Origin: Eledone cirrhosa
Lineage: Eukaryota
Assembly (NCBI GenBank): GCA_964016885.1
Contig: OZ024741.1
Coordinates: 398,722,001 to 398,786,000 of the forward strand
Length of the DNA stretch: 64,000 nucleotides
Reading direction: 5' to 3'
The translations under genes and the position numbers were made by a program. The notes beneath the pieces are model-generated. The model ran no database searches and was not told the DNA's origin. It was given only the letters and a program-made list of their open reading frames with translations. Below are positions 29,101-43,400 of this stretch, in pieces. Numbering within the stretch: position 1 is the stretch's first letter; every line of letters begins with the position of its first letter.

Positions 29101-32100
29101 TAGCCCTGACCATGTCTAACTTAATAACAGTCTAACTTAACTATGGAGATGTCTAACTTAATAACATTCTAACTTAGCCCTGACCATGTCTAACTTAGTA
29201 ACAGTCTAACTTAGCCCTGGACATGTCTAACTTAGTAATAGTCTAACTTAGCCCTGGCCATGTCTAACTTAATAACAGTCTAACTCAGCCCTGGCCAGGT
29301 CTAACTTAATAAGAGTCTAACTTAGTTCTGGCCATGTCTAACTTAGTAACAGTCTAAATTATCCCTGGCCATGTCCAACTTAGTAACAGTCTAACTTAGC
29401 CCTGGCCATGTCTAACTTAATAACAGTCTAACTTAGCCCTGGCTATGTCTAACTTAGTAATAGTCTAACTTAGCCTTGGCCATGTCTAACTTAGTAACAG
29501 TCTAACTTAGCCCTGGCCATGTATAACTTAATAACAGTCTAGCTTAGACCTGGCCATGTCTAACTTAATAACAGTCTAACTGAGCCCTGGCCATGTCTAA
29601 CTTAGTAACAGTCTAACTTAGCCTTGGCCATGTCTAACTTAATAACAGTCTAAATTAGCCCTGGCGATGTCTAACTTAGAAATAGTCTAACTTAGCCCTG
29701 TCCATGTCTAACTTAATAACAGTCTAACATAGCCCTGTCCATGTCTAACATATTAATAGTCTAACTTAGACCTGGCCATGTCTAACTTAATAACAGTCTA
29801 ACTCAGCCCTGGTCAGGTGTAACTTAATAAGAGTCTAACTTAGCTCTGGCCATGTCTAACTTAGTAACAGTCTAAATTATCCCTGGCCATGTCCAACTTA
29901 GTAACAGTCTAACTTAGCACTGGCCATGTCTAACTTAATAACAGTCTAACTTAGCCCTGGCCATGTCTAACTTAGTAATAGTCTAACTTGGCCTTGGCCA
30001 TGTCTAACTTAGTAACAGCCTAACTTAGCCCTGGCCATGTATAACTTAATAACAGTCTAACTTAGCCCTGGCCATGTCTAACTTAATAACAGTCTAACTG
30101 AGCCCTGGCCATGCCTAACTTAGTAATAGTCTAACTTAGCCCTGGCCATGTCTAACTTAATAACAGTCTAACTTAGCCCTGGCCATGTCTAACTTAATAA
30201 CAGTCTAACTGAGCCCTTGCCATGTGTAACTTAGTAACAGTCTAAATTATCCCTGGCCATGTCTAACTTAGTATTAGTCTAACTTAGTCCTGGCCATGTC
30301 TAACTTAATAACAGTCTAACTCAGCCCTGGCCATGTCTAACCCAATAACAGTTTAAATTATCGCTGGCCATGTCTAAATTAATAACAGTCTAACTCAGCC
30401 CTGGCCATGTCTAACCTAATAACAGTTTAAATTATCGCTGGCCATGTCTAAATTAGTAACAGTCTAAATTAGCCCTGGCCATGTCTAATTTAGTAATAGT
30501 CTAACTTAGCCCTGTCCATGTCTAACTTAATAAGAGTCTAACTTAGCTATGGAGATGTCTAACTTAATAACATTCTAACTTAGCCCTGACCATGTCTAAA
30601 TTAGTAAGAGTATAACTTAGCCCTGGCCATGTCTAACTTAGTAACAGTCTAACTTAGGCCTGGCCATGTCTAACTTAGTAATAGTCTAACTTAGCCTTGG
30701 CCATGTCTAACTTAGTAACAGTCTAACTTAGCCTTGGTCATGTCTAACTTAATAACAGTCTAACTTAGCCCTGGCCATGTCTAACTTAGTAATAGTCTAA
30801 CTTAGCCTTGGCCATGTCTAACTTAGTAACAGTCTAACTTATCGATGGCAATGTCTCACTTAATAACAGTCTAAATTAGCCCTGGCCATGTCTAACTTAA
30901 TAACAGTCTAACTGAGCCCTAGCCATGTCTAACTTATTAATAGTCTAACTTAGATTGGCCATGTCTCACTTAGTAACAGTTTAACTTAGCCCTGGCCATG
31001 TCTAACTTTATAACAGTCTAACTGAGCCCTTGCCATGTCTAACTTAGTAACAGTCTAACTTAGCCCTGACCATGTCTAACTTAGTATTAGTCTAACTTAG
31101 TCCTGGCCATGTCTAACTTAATAACAGTCTAACTCAGCCCTGGCCATGTCTAACCTAATAACAGTTTAAATTATCGCTGGCCATGTCTAACTTAGTAACA
31201 GTCTAACTTAGCCCCGGCCATGTCTAACCTAGTAACAGTCTAACTTAGACCTGGCGATGTCTAACTTAATAACAATCTAACTTAGACCTGGCCATGTCTA
31301 ACATAGTAACAGTCTAACTTAGCCTTAGCAATGTCTAACTTAGTAACAGTCTAACTTAGCCATGGCCATGTCTCACTTAATAACAGTCTAACTTAGCCCT
31401 GGCCATGTCTAACTTAGTAATAGTCTAACTTAGACCTCGCCATGTCTAACTTAATAACAGCCTAACTTAGCCTTGGCCATGTCTAACTTAATAACAGTCT
31501 AAATTAGCCCTAGCCATGTCTAACTTAGTTATAGTCTACCTTAACCCTGACCATGTCTAACTTAGTAACAGTCTAACTTAGCCCTGGACATGTCTAACTT
31601 AGTAATAGTCTAACTTAGCCCTGGCCATGTCTAACTTAGTAACAGTCTAACTTAGTAACAGTCTAACTTAGCCCTGGCCATGTCTAACTTAAAAACAGTC
31701 TAAATTATCACTGGCCATGTCTAACTTAGTAATAGTCTAACTGAGCCCTGGCCATGTCTAACTTATTAATAGTCTAACTTAGCCTTGGCCATGTCTCACT
31801 TAGTAACAGTCTAACTTAGCCATGGCCATGTCTAACTTAATAACTGTCTAAATTAGCCCTGGCCATGTCTAATTTAGTAATAGTCTAACTTAGCCCTGTC
31901 CATGTCTAACTTAATAAGAGTCTAACTTAGCTATGGAGATGTCTAACTTAATAACATTCTAACTTAGCCATGACCATGTCTAAATTAGTAAGAGTATAAC
32001 TTAGCCCTGTCCATGTCTAACTAAATAACAGTCTAACTTAGCCCTGGCCATGTCTAACTTAATAACAGTCTAACTTAGCCCTGACCATGTCTAACTTATT

Positions 32101-33913
32101 AACAGTCTAACTTAGCCCTGGCCATGTCTAACTTAGTAACAGTCTAACTTAGGCCTGGCCATGTCTAACTTAGTAACAGTCTAACTTAGCCCTGGCCATG
32201 TCTAACTTAGTAATAGTCTAACTTAGCCTTGGCCATGTCTAACTTAGTAACAGTCTAACTTAGCCTTGGTCATGTCTAACTAATAACAGTCTAACTTAGC
32301 CCTGGCCATGTCTAACTTAGTAATAGTCTAACTTAGCCTTGGCCATGTCTAACTTAGTAACAGTCTAACTTATCGATGGCAATGTCTCACTTAATAACAG
32401 TCTAAATTAGCCCTGGCCATGTCTAACTTAATAACAGTCTAACTGAGCCCTGGCCATGTCTAACTTATTAATAGTCTAACTTAGATTGGCCATGTCTCAC
32501 TTAGTAACAGTTTAACTTAGCCCTGGCCATGTCTAACTTTATAACAGTCTAAATTAGCCCTGGCCATGTCGAACTTAGTAATAGTCTAACTTAGCCCTGA
32601 CCATGTCTAACTTAATAACAGTCTAACTTAGCCCTGACCATGTCTAACATAATAACAGTCTAACTTAGACCTGACCATGTCTAACTTAATAACAGTCCAA
32701 CTTAGACCTGGCCATGTCTAACTTAGTAACAGTCTAACTTAGCCCTAGCCATGTCTAACTTAATAACAGTCTAACTTAGCCATCGCCATGTCTAACTTAA
32801 TAACAGTCTAACTTAGCCCTGGCCATGTCTAACTTAGTAACAGTCTAACTTAGCCCTAGCCATGTCTAACTTAATAACAGTCTAACTTAGCCCTGGCCAT
32901 GTCTAACTTAGTAACAGTCTAACTTAGCCCTGGCCATGTCTAACTTAATAACAGTCTAAATTATCCCTGGCCATGTCTAACTTAGTAATATTGTAACCGA
33001 GCCCTGGCCATGTCTAACTTAGTAACAGTCTAACTGAGCCTTGGCCATGTCTAACTTAATAACAGTCTAACTCAGCCATGGCCATGTCTCACTTAATAAC
33101 AGTCTAACTTAGCCCTGGCCATGTCTAACTTAGTAATAGTCTAACTTAGTCCTGGCCATGTCTAACTTTATAACAGTCTAACTCAGCCCTGGCCATGTCT
33201 AACCTAATAACAGTTTAAATTATAGCTGGCCATGTCTAACTTAGTAACAGTCTAACTTAGCCCCGGCCATGTCTAACCTAATAACAGTCTAACTTAGACC
33301 TGGCGATGTTTAACTTAATAACAATCTAACTTAGACCTGGCCATGTCTAACATAGTAACAGTCTAACTTAGCCTTAGCAATGTCTAACTTAGTAACAGTC
33401 TAACTTAGCCATGGCCATGTCTCACTTAATAACAGTCTAACTTAGCCCTGGCCATGTCTAACTTAGTAATAGTCTAACTTAGACCTGGCCATGTCTAACT
33501 TAATAACAGCCTAACTTAGCCTTGGCCATGTCTAACTTAATAACAGTCTAAATTAGCCCTAGCCATGTCTAACCTAGTTATAGTCTACCTTAACCCTGAC
33601 CATGTCTAACTTAGTAACAGTCTAACTTAGCCCTGGACATGTCTAACTTAGTAATAGTCTAACTTAGCCCTGGCCATGTCTAACTTAATAACAGTCTAAC
33701 TTAGTAACAGTCTAACTTAGACCCGGCCATGTCTAACTTAGTAACAGTCTAACTTAGCCCTGGCCATGTCTAACTTAAAAACAGTCTAAATTATCCCTGG
33801 CCATGTCTAACTTAGTAATAGTCTAACTGAGCCCTGGCCATGTCTAACTTATTAATAGTCTAACTTAGCCTTGGCCATGTCTCACTTAGTAACAGTCTAA
33901 CTTAGCCATGGCC

Positions 33914-36900
33914 ATGTCTAACTTAATAACAGTCTAAATTAGCCCTGGCCATGTCTAATTTAGTAATAGTCTAACTTAGCCCTGTCCATGTCTAACTTAA
34001 TAAGAGTCTAACTTAGCTATGGAGATGTCTAACTTAATAACATTCTAACTTAGCCCTGACCATGTCTAAATTAGTAAGAGTATAACTTAGCCCTGACCAT
34101 GTCTAACTTATTAACAGTCTAACTTAGCCCTGGCCATGTCTAACTTAGTAACAGTGTAACTTAGGCCTGGCCATGTCTAACTTAGTAACAGTCTAACTTA
34201 GCCCTGGCCATGTCTAACTTAGTAATAGTCTAACTTAGCCTTGGCCATGTTTAACTTAGTAACAGTCTAACTTAGCCTTGGTCATGTCTAACTTAATAAC
34301 AGTCTAAATTAGCCCTGGCGATGTCTAACTTAGTAATAGTCTAACTTAGCCCTGACCATGTCTACCTTAATAACAATCTAACTTAGCCGTGTCCATGTTT
34401 AACTTATTAATAGTCTAACTTAGACCTGGCCATGTCTAACTTAATAACAGTCTAACTCAGCCCTGGCCAGGTCTAACTTAATAAGAGTCTAACTTAGTTC
34501 TGGCTATGTCTAACTTAATAACAGTCTAAATTAACCCTGGCCATGTCCAACTTAGTAACAGTCTAACTTAGCCCTGGCCATGTCTAACTTAATAACAGTC
34601 TAACTTAGCCCTGGCCATGTCTAACTTAGTAATAGTCTAACTTAGCCTTGGCCATGTCTAACATAGTAACAGTCTAACTTAGCCCTGGCCATGTATAACT
34701 TAATAACAGTCTAACTTAGCCCTGGCCATGTCTAACTTAATAACAGTCTAACTGAGCCCTGGCCATGTCTAACTTAGTAACAGTCTAACTTAGCCTTGGT
34801 CATGTCTAACTTAATAACAGTCTAAATTAGCCTTGGCGATGTCTAACTTAGAAATAGTCTAACTTAGCCCTGACCATGTCTAACTTAATAACAGTCTAAC
34901 TTAGCCCTGGCCATGTCTAACTTAGTAATAGTCTAACTTGGCCTTGGCCATGTCTAACTCAGTACCAGTCTAACTTAGTCCTGGCCATGTATAACTTAAT
35001 AACAGTCTAACTTAGCCCTGGCCATGTCTAACTTAATAACACTCTAACTGAGCCCTGGCCATGTCTAACTTAGTAATAGTCTAACTTAGCCCTGGCCATG
35101 TCTAAATTAATAACAGTCTAACTTAGCCCTGGCCATGTCTAACTTAATAACAGTCTAACTTAACCCTGGCCATGTCTAACCTAATAACAGTCTAACTTAG
35201 CCATGGCCATGTCTAACTCAATAACAGTCTAACTTAGCCCTGGCCATGTCTAACTTATTAATAGTCTAACTTAGACCTGGCCATGTCTAACATAGTAACA
35301 GTCTAACTTAGCCCTGGCCATGTCTAACTTAGTAACAGTCTAACTTATCGCTGGCAATGTCTCACTTAATAACTCTAACTTAGCCCTGGCCATGTCTAAC
35401 TTAATAACAGTCTAACTGAGCCCTGGCCATGTCTAACTTATTAATAGTCTAACTTAGACTTGGCCATGTCTCACTTAGTAACAGGTTAAATTAGCCCTGG
35501 CCATGTCTAAGTTAATTACAGTCTAAATTAGCCCTGGCCATGTCTAACTTAATAACAGTCTAACTTAGCCCTGACCATGTCTAACATAATAACAGTCTAA
35601 CTTAGCCCTGACCATGTCTAACTTAATAACAGTCTAACTTAGACATGGCCATGTCTAACTTAGTAACAGTCTAACTTAGCCCTAGCCATGTCTAACTTAA
35701 TAACAGTCTAACTTAGCCCTGGCCATGTCTAACTTAATAGCAGTCTAACTTAGCCCTGGCCATGTCTAACTTAGTAACAGTCTAACTTAGCCCTAGCCAT
35801 GTCTAACTTAGTAATAGTCTAACTTAGCCTTGGCCATGTCTAACTTAGTAACAGTCTAACTTAGCCTTGGCCATGTCTAAGTTAATAAGAGTCTAAATTA
35901 GCCCTGGTCATGTCTAACTTAATAACAGTCTAACTTAGCCCTGGCCATGTCTAGCTTAATAACAGTCTAACTTAGCCTTGGCTATGTCTAACTTAGTAAT
36001 AGTCTAACTTAGACCTGGCCATGTCTAACTTAGTAACAGTCTAACTTAGCCCTGGCAATGTATAACTTAATAATAGTCTAACTTAGCCCCGGCCATGTCT
36101 AAGTTAATAACAGTCTAACTGGGCCCTGGCAATGTATAACTTAATAATAGTCTAACTTAGCCCTGGCCATGTCTAACGTAGTAACAGTCTAACTTAGCCC
36201 TGGCCATGTCTAACTTAATAACAGTCTAAATTATCCCTGGCCATGTCTAACCTAATAACTGTCCAACTTAGACATGGCCATGTCTAACTCAATAAAAGTC
36301 TAACATAGCCCTGTCCATGTCTAACATAGTAACAGTCTAACTTAGCCCTGCCCATGTCTAACTTAGTGATAGTCTAACTTAGCCTTGGCCATGTCTAACT
36401 TAATAACAGTCTAACTTAGCCTTGGCCACGTCTAACTTAATAACAGTCTAAAGTAGCCCTAGCCATGTCTAACTTAGTAATAGTCTACCTTAACCCTGAC
36501 CATGTCTAACTTAGTAACAGTCTAACTTAGCCCTGGACATGTCTAACTTAGTAACAGTCTAAATTATCCCTGGCCATGTCTAATTTAGTAACAGTCTAAT
36601 TTAGCCCTGGCCATGTCTAACTAAGTAACATTCTAACTTAGCCCTGCCCATGTCTAACTTAAAAATTGTCTAAATTATCCCTGGCCATGTCTAACTTAGA
36701 AATAGTCTAACTTAGACCTGGCCATGTATAACTTAATAACAGTCTAACTTAGCCTTGGCCATGTCTAACTTAATAACAGTCTAAATTAGCCCTAGCCATG
36801 TCTAACTTAGTTATAGTCTACCTTAACCTTGACCATGTCTAACTTAGTAACAGTCTAACTTAGCCCTGGACATGTCTAACTTAGTAATAGTCTAACTTAG

Positions 36901-39900
36901 CCCTGGCCATGTCTAACTTAGTAACAGTCTAATTTAGTAACAGTCTAACTTAGGAACACTCTAACTTAGTAACAGTCTAACTTAGACCCGGCCATGTCTA
37001 ACTTAGTAACAGTCTAATTTAGCCCTGGCCATGTCTAACTTAGTAACAGTCTAACTTAGCCCTGCCCATGTCTAACTTAGTAACAGTCTAACTTAGGCCT
37101 GGCCATGTCTAACTTAGTAACAGTCTAACTTTGCCATGGCCATGTCTAACTTAATAACAGTCTAACTTAGCTATGGAGATGTCTAACTTAATAACAGTCT
37201 AAATTAGCCCTGGCCATGTCTAATTTAGTAATAGTCTAACTTAGCCCTGTCCATGTCTAACTTAATAAGAGTCTAACTTAGCTATGGAGATGTCTAACTT
37301 AATAACATTCTAACTTAGCCCTGACCATGTCTAAATTAGTAAGAGTATAACTTAGCCCTGACCATGTCTAACTTATTAACAGTCTAACTTAGCCCTGGCC
37401 ATGTCTAACTTAGTAACAGTGTAACTTAGGCCTGGCCATGTCTAACTTAGTAACAGTCTAACTTAGCCCTGGCCATGTCTAACTTAGTAATAGTCTAACT
37501 TAGCCTTGGCCATGTTTAACTTAGTAACAGTCTAACTTAGCCTTGGTCATGTCTAACTTAATAACAGTCTAAATTAGCCCTGGCGATGTCTAACTTAGTA
37601 ATAGTCTAACTTAGCCCTGACCATGTCTACCTTAATAACAATCTAACTTAGACGTGTCCATGTTTAACTTATTAATAGTCTAACTTAGACCTGGCCATGT
37701 CTAACTTAATAACAGTCTAACTCAGCCCTGGCCAGGTCTAACTTAATAAGAGTCTAACTTAGTTCTGGCTATGTCTAACTTAATAACAGTCTAAATTAAC
37801 CCTGGCCATGTCCAACTTAGTAACAGTCTAACTTAGCCCTGGCCATGTCTAACTTAATAACAGTCTAACTTAGCCCTGGCCATGTCTAACTTAGTAATAG
37901 TCTAACTTAGCCTTGGCCATGTCTAACATAGTAACAGTCTAACTTAGCCCTGGCCATGTATAACTTAATAACAGTCTAACTTAGCCCTGGCCATGTCTAA
38001 CTTAATAACAGTCTAACTGAGCCCTGGCCATGTCTAACTTAGTAACAGTCTAACTTAGCCTTGGTCATGTCTAACTTAATAACAGTCTAAATTAGCCTTG
38101 GCGATGTCTAACTTAGAAATAGTCTAACTTAGCCCTGACCATGTCTAACTTAATAACAGTCTAACTTAGCCCTGGCCATGTCTAACTTAGTAATAGTCTA
38201 ACTTGGCCTTGGCCATGTCTAACTCAGTACCAGTCTAACTTAGTCCTGGCCATGTATAACTTAATAACAGTCTAACTTAGCCCTGGCCATGTCTAACTTA
38301 ATAACACTCTAACTGAGCCCTGGCCATGTCTAACTTAGTAATAGTCTAACTTAGCCCTGGCCATGTCTAAATTAATAACAGTCTAACTTAGCCCTGGCCA
38401 TGTCTAACTTAATAACAGTCTAACTTAACCCTGGCCATGTCTAACCTAATAACAGTCTAACTTAGCCATGGCCATGTCTAACTCAATAACAGTCTAACTT
38501 AGCCCTGGCCATGTCTAACTTATTAATAGTCTAACTTAGACCTGGCCATGTCTAACATAGTAACAGTCTAACTTAGCCCTGGCCATGTCTAACTTAGTAA
38601 CAGTCTAACTTATCGCTGGCAATGTCTCACTTAATAACTCTAACTTAGCCCTGGCCATGTCTAACTTAATAACAGTCTAACTGAGCCCTGGCCATGTCTA
38701 ACTTATTAATAGTCTAACTTAGACTTGGCCATGTCTCACTTAGTAACAGGTTAAATTAGCCCTGGCCATGTCTAAGTTAATTACAGTCTAAATTAGCCCT
38801 GGCCATGTCTAACTTAATAACAGTCTAACTTAGCCCTGACCATGTCTAACATAATAACAGTCTAACTTAGCCCTGACCATGTCTAACTTAATAACAGTCT
38901 AACTTAGACATGGCCATGTCTAACTTAGTAACAGTCTAACTTAGCCCTAGCCATGTCTAACTTAATAACAGTCTAACTTAGCCCTGGCCATGTCTAACTT
39001 AATAGCAGTCTAACTTAGCCCTGGCCATGTCTAACTTAGTAACAGTCTAACTTAGCCCTAGCCATGTCTAACTTAGTAATAGTCTAACTTAGCCTTGGCC
39101 ATGTCTAACTTAGTAACAGTCTAACTTAGCCTTGGCCATGTCTAAGTTAATAAGAGTCTAAATTAGCCCTGGTCATGTCTAACTTAATAACAGTCTAACT
39201 TAGCCCTGGCCATGTCTAGCTTAATAACAGTCTAACTTAGCCTTGGCTATGTCTAACTTAGTAATAGTCTAACTTAGACCTGGCCATGTCTAACTTAGTA
39301 ACAGTCTAACTTAGCCCTGGCAATGTATAACTTAATAATAGTCTAACTTAGCCCCGGCCATGTCTAAGTTAATAACAGTCTAACTGGGCCCTGGCAATGT
39401 ATAACTTAATAATAGTCTAACTTAGCCCTGGCCATGTCTAACGTAGTAACAGTCTAACTTAGCCCTGGCCATGTCTAACTTAATAACAGTCTAAATTATC
39501 CCTGGCCATGTCTAACCTAATAACTGTCCAACTTAGACATGGCCATGTCTAACTCAATAAAAGTCTAACATAGCCCTGTCCATGTCTAACATAGTAACAG
39601 TCTAACTTAGCCCTGCCCATGTCTAACTTAGTGATAGTCTAACTTAGCCTTGGCCATGTCTAACTTAATAACAGTCTAACTTAGCCTTGGCCACGTCTAA
39701 CTTAATAACAGTCTAAAGTAGCCCTAGCCATGTCTAACTTAGTAATAGTCTACCTTAACCCTGACCATGTCTAACTTAGTAACAGTCTAACTTAGCCCTG
39801 GACATGTCTAACTTAGTAACAGTCTAAATTATCCCTGGCCATGTCTAATTTAGTAACAGTCTAATTTAGCCCTGGCCATGTCTAACTAAGTAACATTCTA

Positions 39901-40461
39901 ACTTAGCCCTGCCCATGTCTAACTTAAAAATTGTCTAAATTATCCCTGGCCATGTCTAACTTAGAAATAGTCTAACTTAGACCTGGCCATGTATAACTTA
40001 ATAACAGTCTAACTTAGCCTTGGCCATGTCTAACTTAATAACAGTCTAAATTAGCCCTAGCCATGTCTAACTTAGTTATAGTCTACCTTAACCTTGACCA
40101 TGTCTAACTTAGTAACAGTCTAACTTAGCCCTGGACATGTCTAACTTAGTAATAGTCTAACTTAGCCCTGGCCATGTCTAACTTAGTAACAGTCTAATTT
40201 AGTAACAGTCTAACTTAGGAACAGTCTAACTTAGTAACAGTCTAACTTAGACCCGGCCATGTCTAACTTAGTAACAGTCTAATTTAGCCCTGGCCATGTC
40301 TAACTTAGTAACAGTCTAACTTAGCCCTGCCCATGTCTAACTTAGTAACAGTCTAACTTAGGCCTGGCCATGTCTAACTTAGTAACAGTCTAACTTTGCC
40401 ATGGCCATGTCTAACTTAATAACAGTCTAACTTAGCTATGGAGATGTCTAACTTAATAACA
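33914..40461 (+). repeat. 3,265-bp near-perfect tandem duplication within the satellite
   Basis: Variants at exactly 3265 bp offset: [C/A]CGTGTCC 34387/37652, TATCGCTGGCAA 35346/38611, CCACGTC 36426/39691. Confidence 0.92.
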
Positions 40462-43400
40462 TTCTAACTTAGCCCTGACCATGTCTAAATTAGTAAGAGT
40501 ATAACTTAACCCTGGCCATGTCTAACTTAATAACACTCTAACTTAGCCCTGACCATGTCTAACTTAATAACAGTCTAACTTAGCCCTGGCCATGTCTAAC
40601 TTAGTAACAGTCTAACTTAGGCCTGGCCATGTCTAACTTAGTAACAGTCTAACTTAGCCCTGGCCATGTCTAACTTAGTAACAGTCTAACTTAGCCTTGG
40701 TCATGTCTAACTTAATAACAGTCTAAATTAGCCCTGGCGATGTCTAACTTAGTAATAGTCTAACTTAGCCCTGACCATGTCTAACTTAATAACAATCTAA
40801 CTTAGCGCTGTCCATGTCTAACTTATTAATAGTCTAACTTAGACCTGGCCATGTCTAACTTAATAACCGTCTAACTCAGCCCTGGCCATGTCTAACTTAG
40901 TAATAGTCTAACTTGGCCTTGGCCATGTCTAACTTAGTAACATTCTAACTTAGCCCTGGCCATTTATAACTTAATAACAGTCTAACTTAGCCCTGGCCAT
41001 GTCTAACTTAATAACAGTCTAACTGAGCCCTGGCCATGTCTAACATAATAACAGTCTAAATTAGCCCTGGCGATGTCTAACTTAGAAATAGTCTAACTTA
41101 GCCCTGACCATGTCTAACTTAATAACAGTCTAACTTAGCCCTGTCCATGTCTAACTTATTAATAGTCTAACTTAGACCTGGCCATGTCTAACTTAATAAC
41201 AGTCTAACTTAGTCCTGGCCATGTGTAACTTAGTAATAGTCTAACTTGGCCTTGGCCATGTCTAACTTAGTAACAGTCTAACTTAGCCCTGGCCATGTAT
41301 AACTTAATAACAGTCTAACTTAGCCCTGGCCATGTCTAACTTAATAACAGTCTAACTGAGCCCTGGCCATGTCTAACTTAGTAACAGTCTAACTTAGCCC
41401 TGGCCATGTCTAACTTAGTAATACTCTAACTTAGCCTTGGCCATGTCTAACTTAGTAACAGTCTAACTTAGCCCTGGCCATGTCTAACTTAGTAATAGTC
41501 TAACTTAGCCTTGGCCATGTCTAACTTAGTAACAGTCTAACATATCCCTGGCCATGTCTCACTTAATAACAGTCTAACTTAGCCCTGGCCATGTCTAACT
41601 TAATAACAGTCTAATTGAGCCCTGGCCATGTCTAACTTAGTAATAGTCTAACTTAGCTCTGGCCATGTCTAACTGAATAACAGTCTAACTTAGCACCGGC
41701 CATGCCTAACTTAGTAATAGTCTAACTTTGCCCTGGCCATGTCTAACTTAGTAACAGTCTAACTTAGCCCTGGCCATGTATAACTTACTAACAGTCTAAC
41801 TTAACCCTGGCCATGTCTAACCTAATAACAGTCTAACTTAGCCATGGCCATGTCTAACTCAATAACAGTCTAACTTAGCCCTGGCCATGTCTAACATAGT
41901 AACAGTCTAACTTAGCCCTGGCCATGTCTAACTTAGTAATAGTCTAACTTAGCCCTGGCCATGTTTACTTAATAACAGTCTAACTGAGCCCTGGCCATGT
42001 CTAACTTAGTAACAGTCTAACTTAGCCCTGGCCAAGTCTAACTTAGTAATAGTCTAACTTAGGCTTGGCCATGTCTAACTTAGTAACAGTCTAACTTATC
42101 CCTGGCAATGTCTCACTTAATAACTGTCTAACTTAGCCCTGGCCATGTCTAACTTAAAAACAGTCTAACTGAGCCCTGGCCATGTCTAACATAATAAGAG
42201 TCTAACTTAGCCTTGACCATGTCTAACTTAATAACAGTCTAACTTAGACCTGGCCATGTCTAACTTAGTAACAGTCTAACTTAGCCCTAGCCATGTCTAA
42301 CTTAGTAACACTCTAACTTTGCCATGGCCATGTCTAACTTAATAACAGTCTAACTTAGCTATGGAGATGTCTAACTTAATAACATTCTAACTTAGCCCTG
42401 ACCATGTCTAAATTAGTAAGAGTATAACTTAACCCTGGCCATGTCTAACTTAATAACAGTCTAACTTAGCCCTGGCCATGTCTAACTTAATAACACTCTA
42501 ACTTAGCCCTGACCATGTCTAACTTAATAACAGTCTAACTTAGCCCTGGCCATGTCTAACTTAGTAACAGTCTAACTTAGGCCTGGCCATGTCTAACTTA
42601 GTAACAGTCTAACTTAGCCCTGGCCATGTCTAACTTAGTAATAGTCTAACTTAGCCTTGGCCATGTCTAACTTAGTAACAGTCTAACTTAGCCTTGGTCA
42701 TGTCTAACTTAATAACAGTCTAAATTAGCCCTGGCGATGTCTAACTTAGTAATAGTCTAACTTAGCCCTGACCATGTCTAACTTAATAACAATCTAACTT
42801 AGCGCTGTCCATGTCTAACTTATTAATAGTCTAACTTAGACCTGGCCATGTCTAACTTAATAACCGTCTAACTCAGCCCTGGCCAGGTCTAACTTAATAA
42901 GAGTCTAACTTAGTTCTGGCCATGTCTAACTTAGTAACAGTCTAAATTATCCCTGGCCATGTCCAACTTAGTAACAGTCTAACTTAGCCCTGGCCATGTC
43001 TAACTTAATAACAGTCTAACTTAGCCCTGGCGATGTCTAACTTAGTAATAGTCTAACTTGGCCTTGGCCATGTCTAACTTAGTAACATTCTAACTTAGCC
43101 CTGGCCATTTATAACTTAATAACAGTCTAACTTAGCCCTGGCCATGTCTAACTTAATAACAGTCTAACTGAGCCCTGGCCATGTCTAACATAATAACAGT
43201 CTAAATTAGCCCTGGCGATGTCTAACTTAGAAATAGTCTAACTTAGCCCTGACCATGTCTAACTTAATAACAGTCTAACTTAGCCCTGTCCATGTCTAAC
43301 TTATTAATAGTCTAACTTAGACCTGGCCATGTCTAACTTAATAACAGTCTAACTTAGCCCTGGCCATGTGTAACTTAGTAATAGTCTAACTTGGCCTTGG

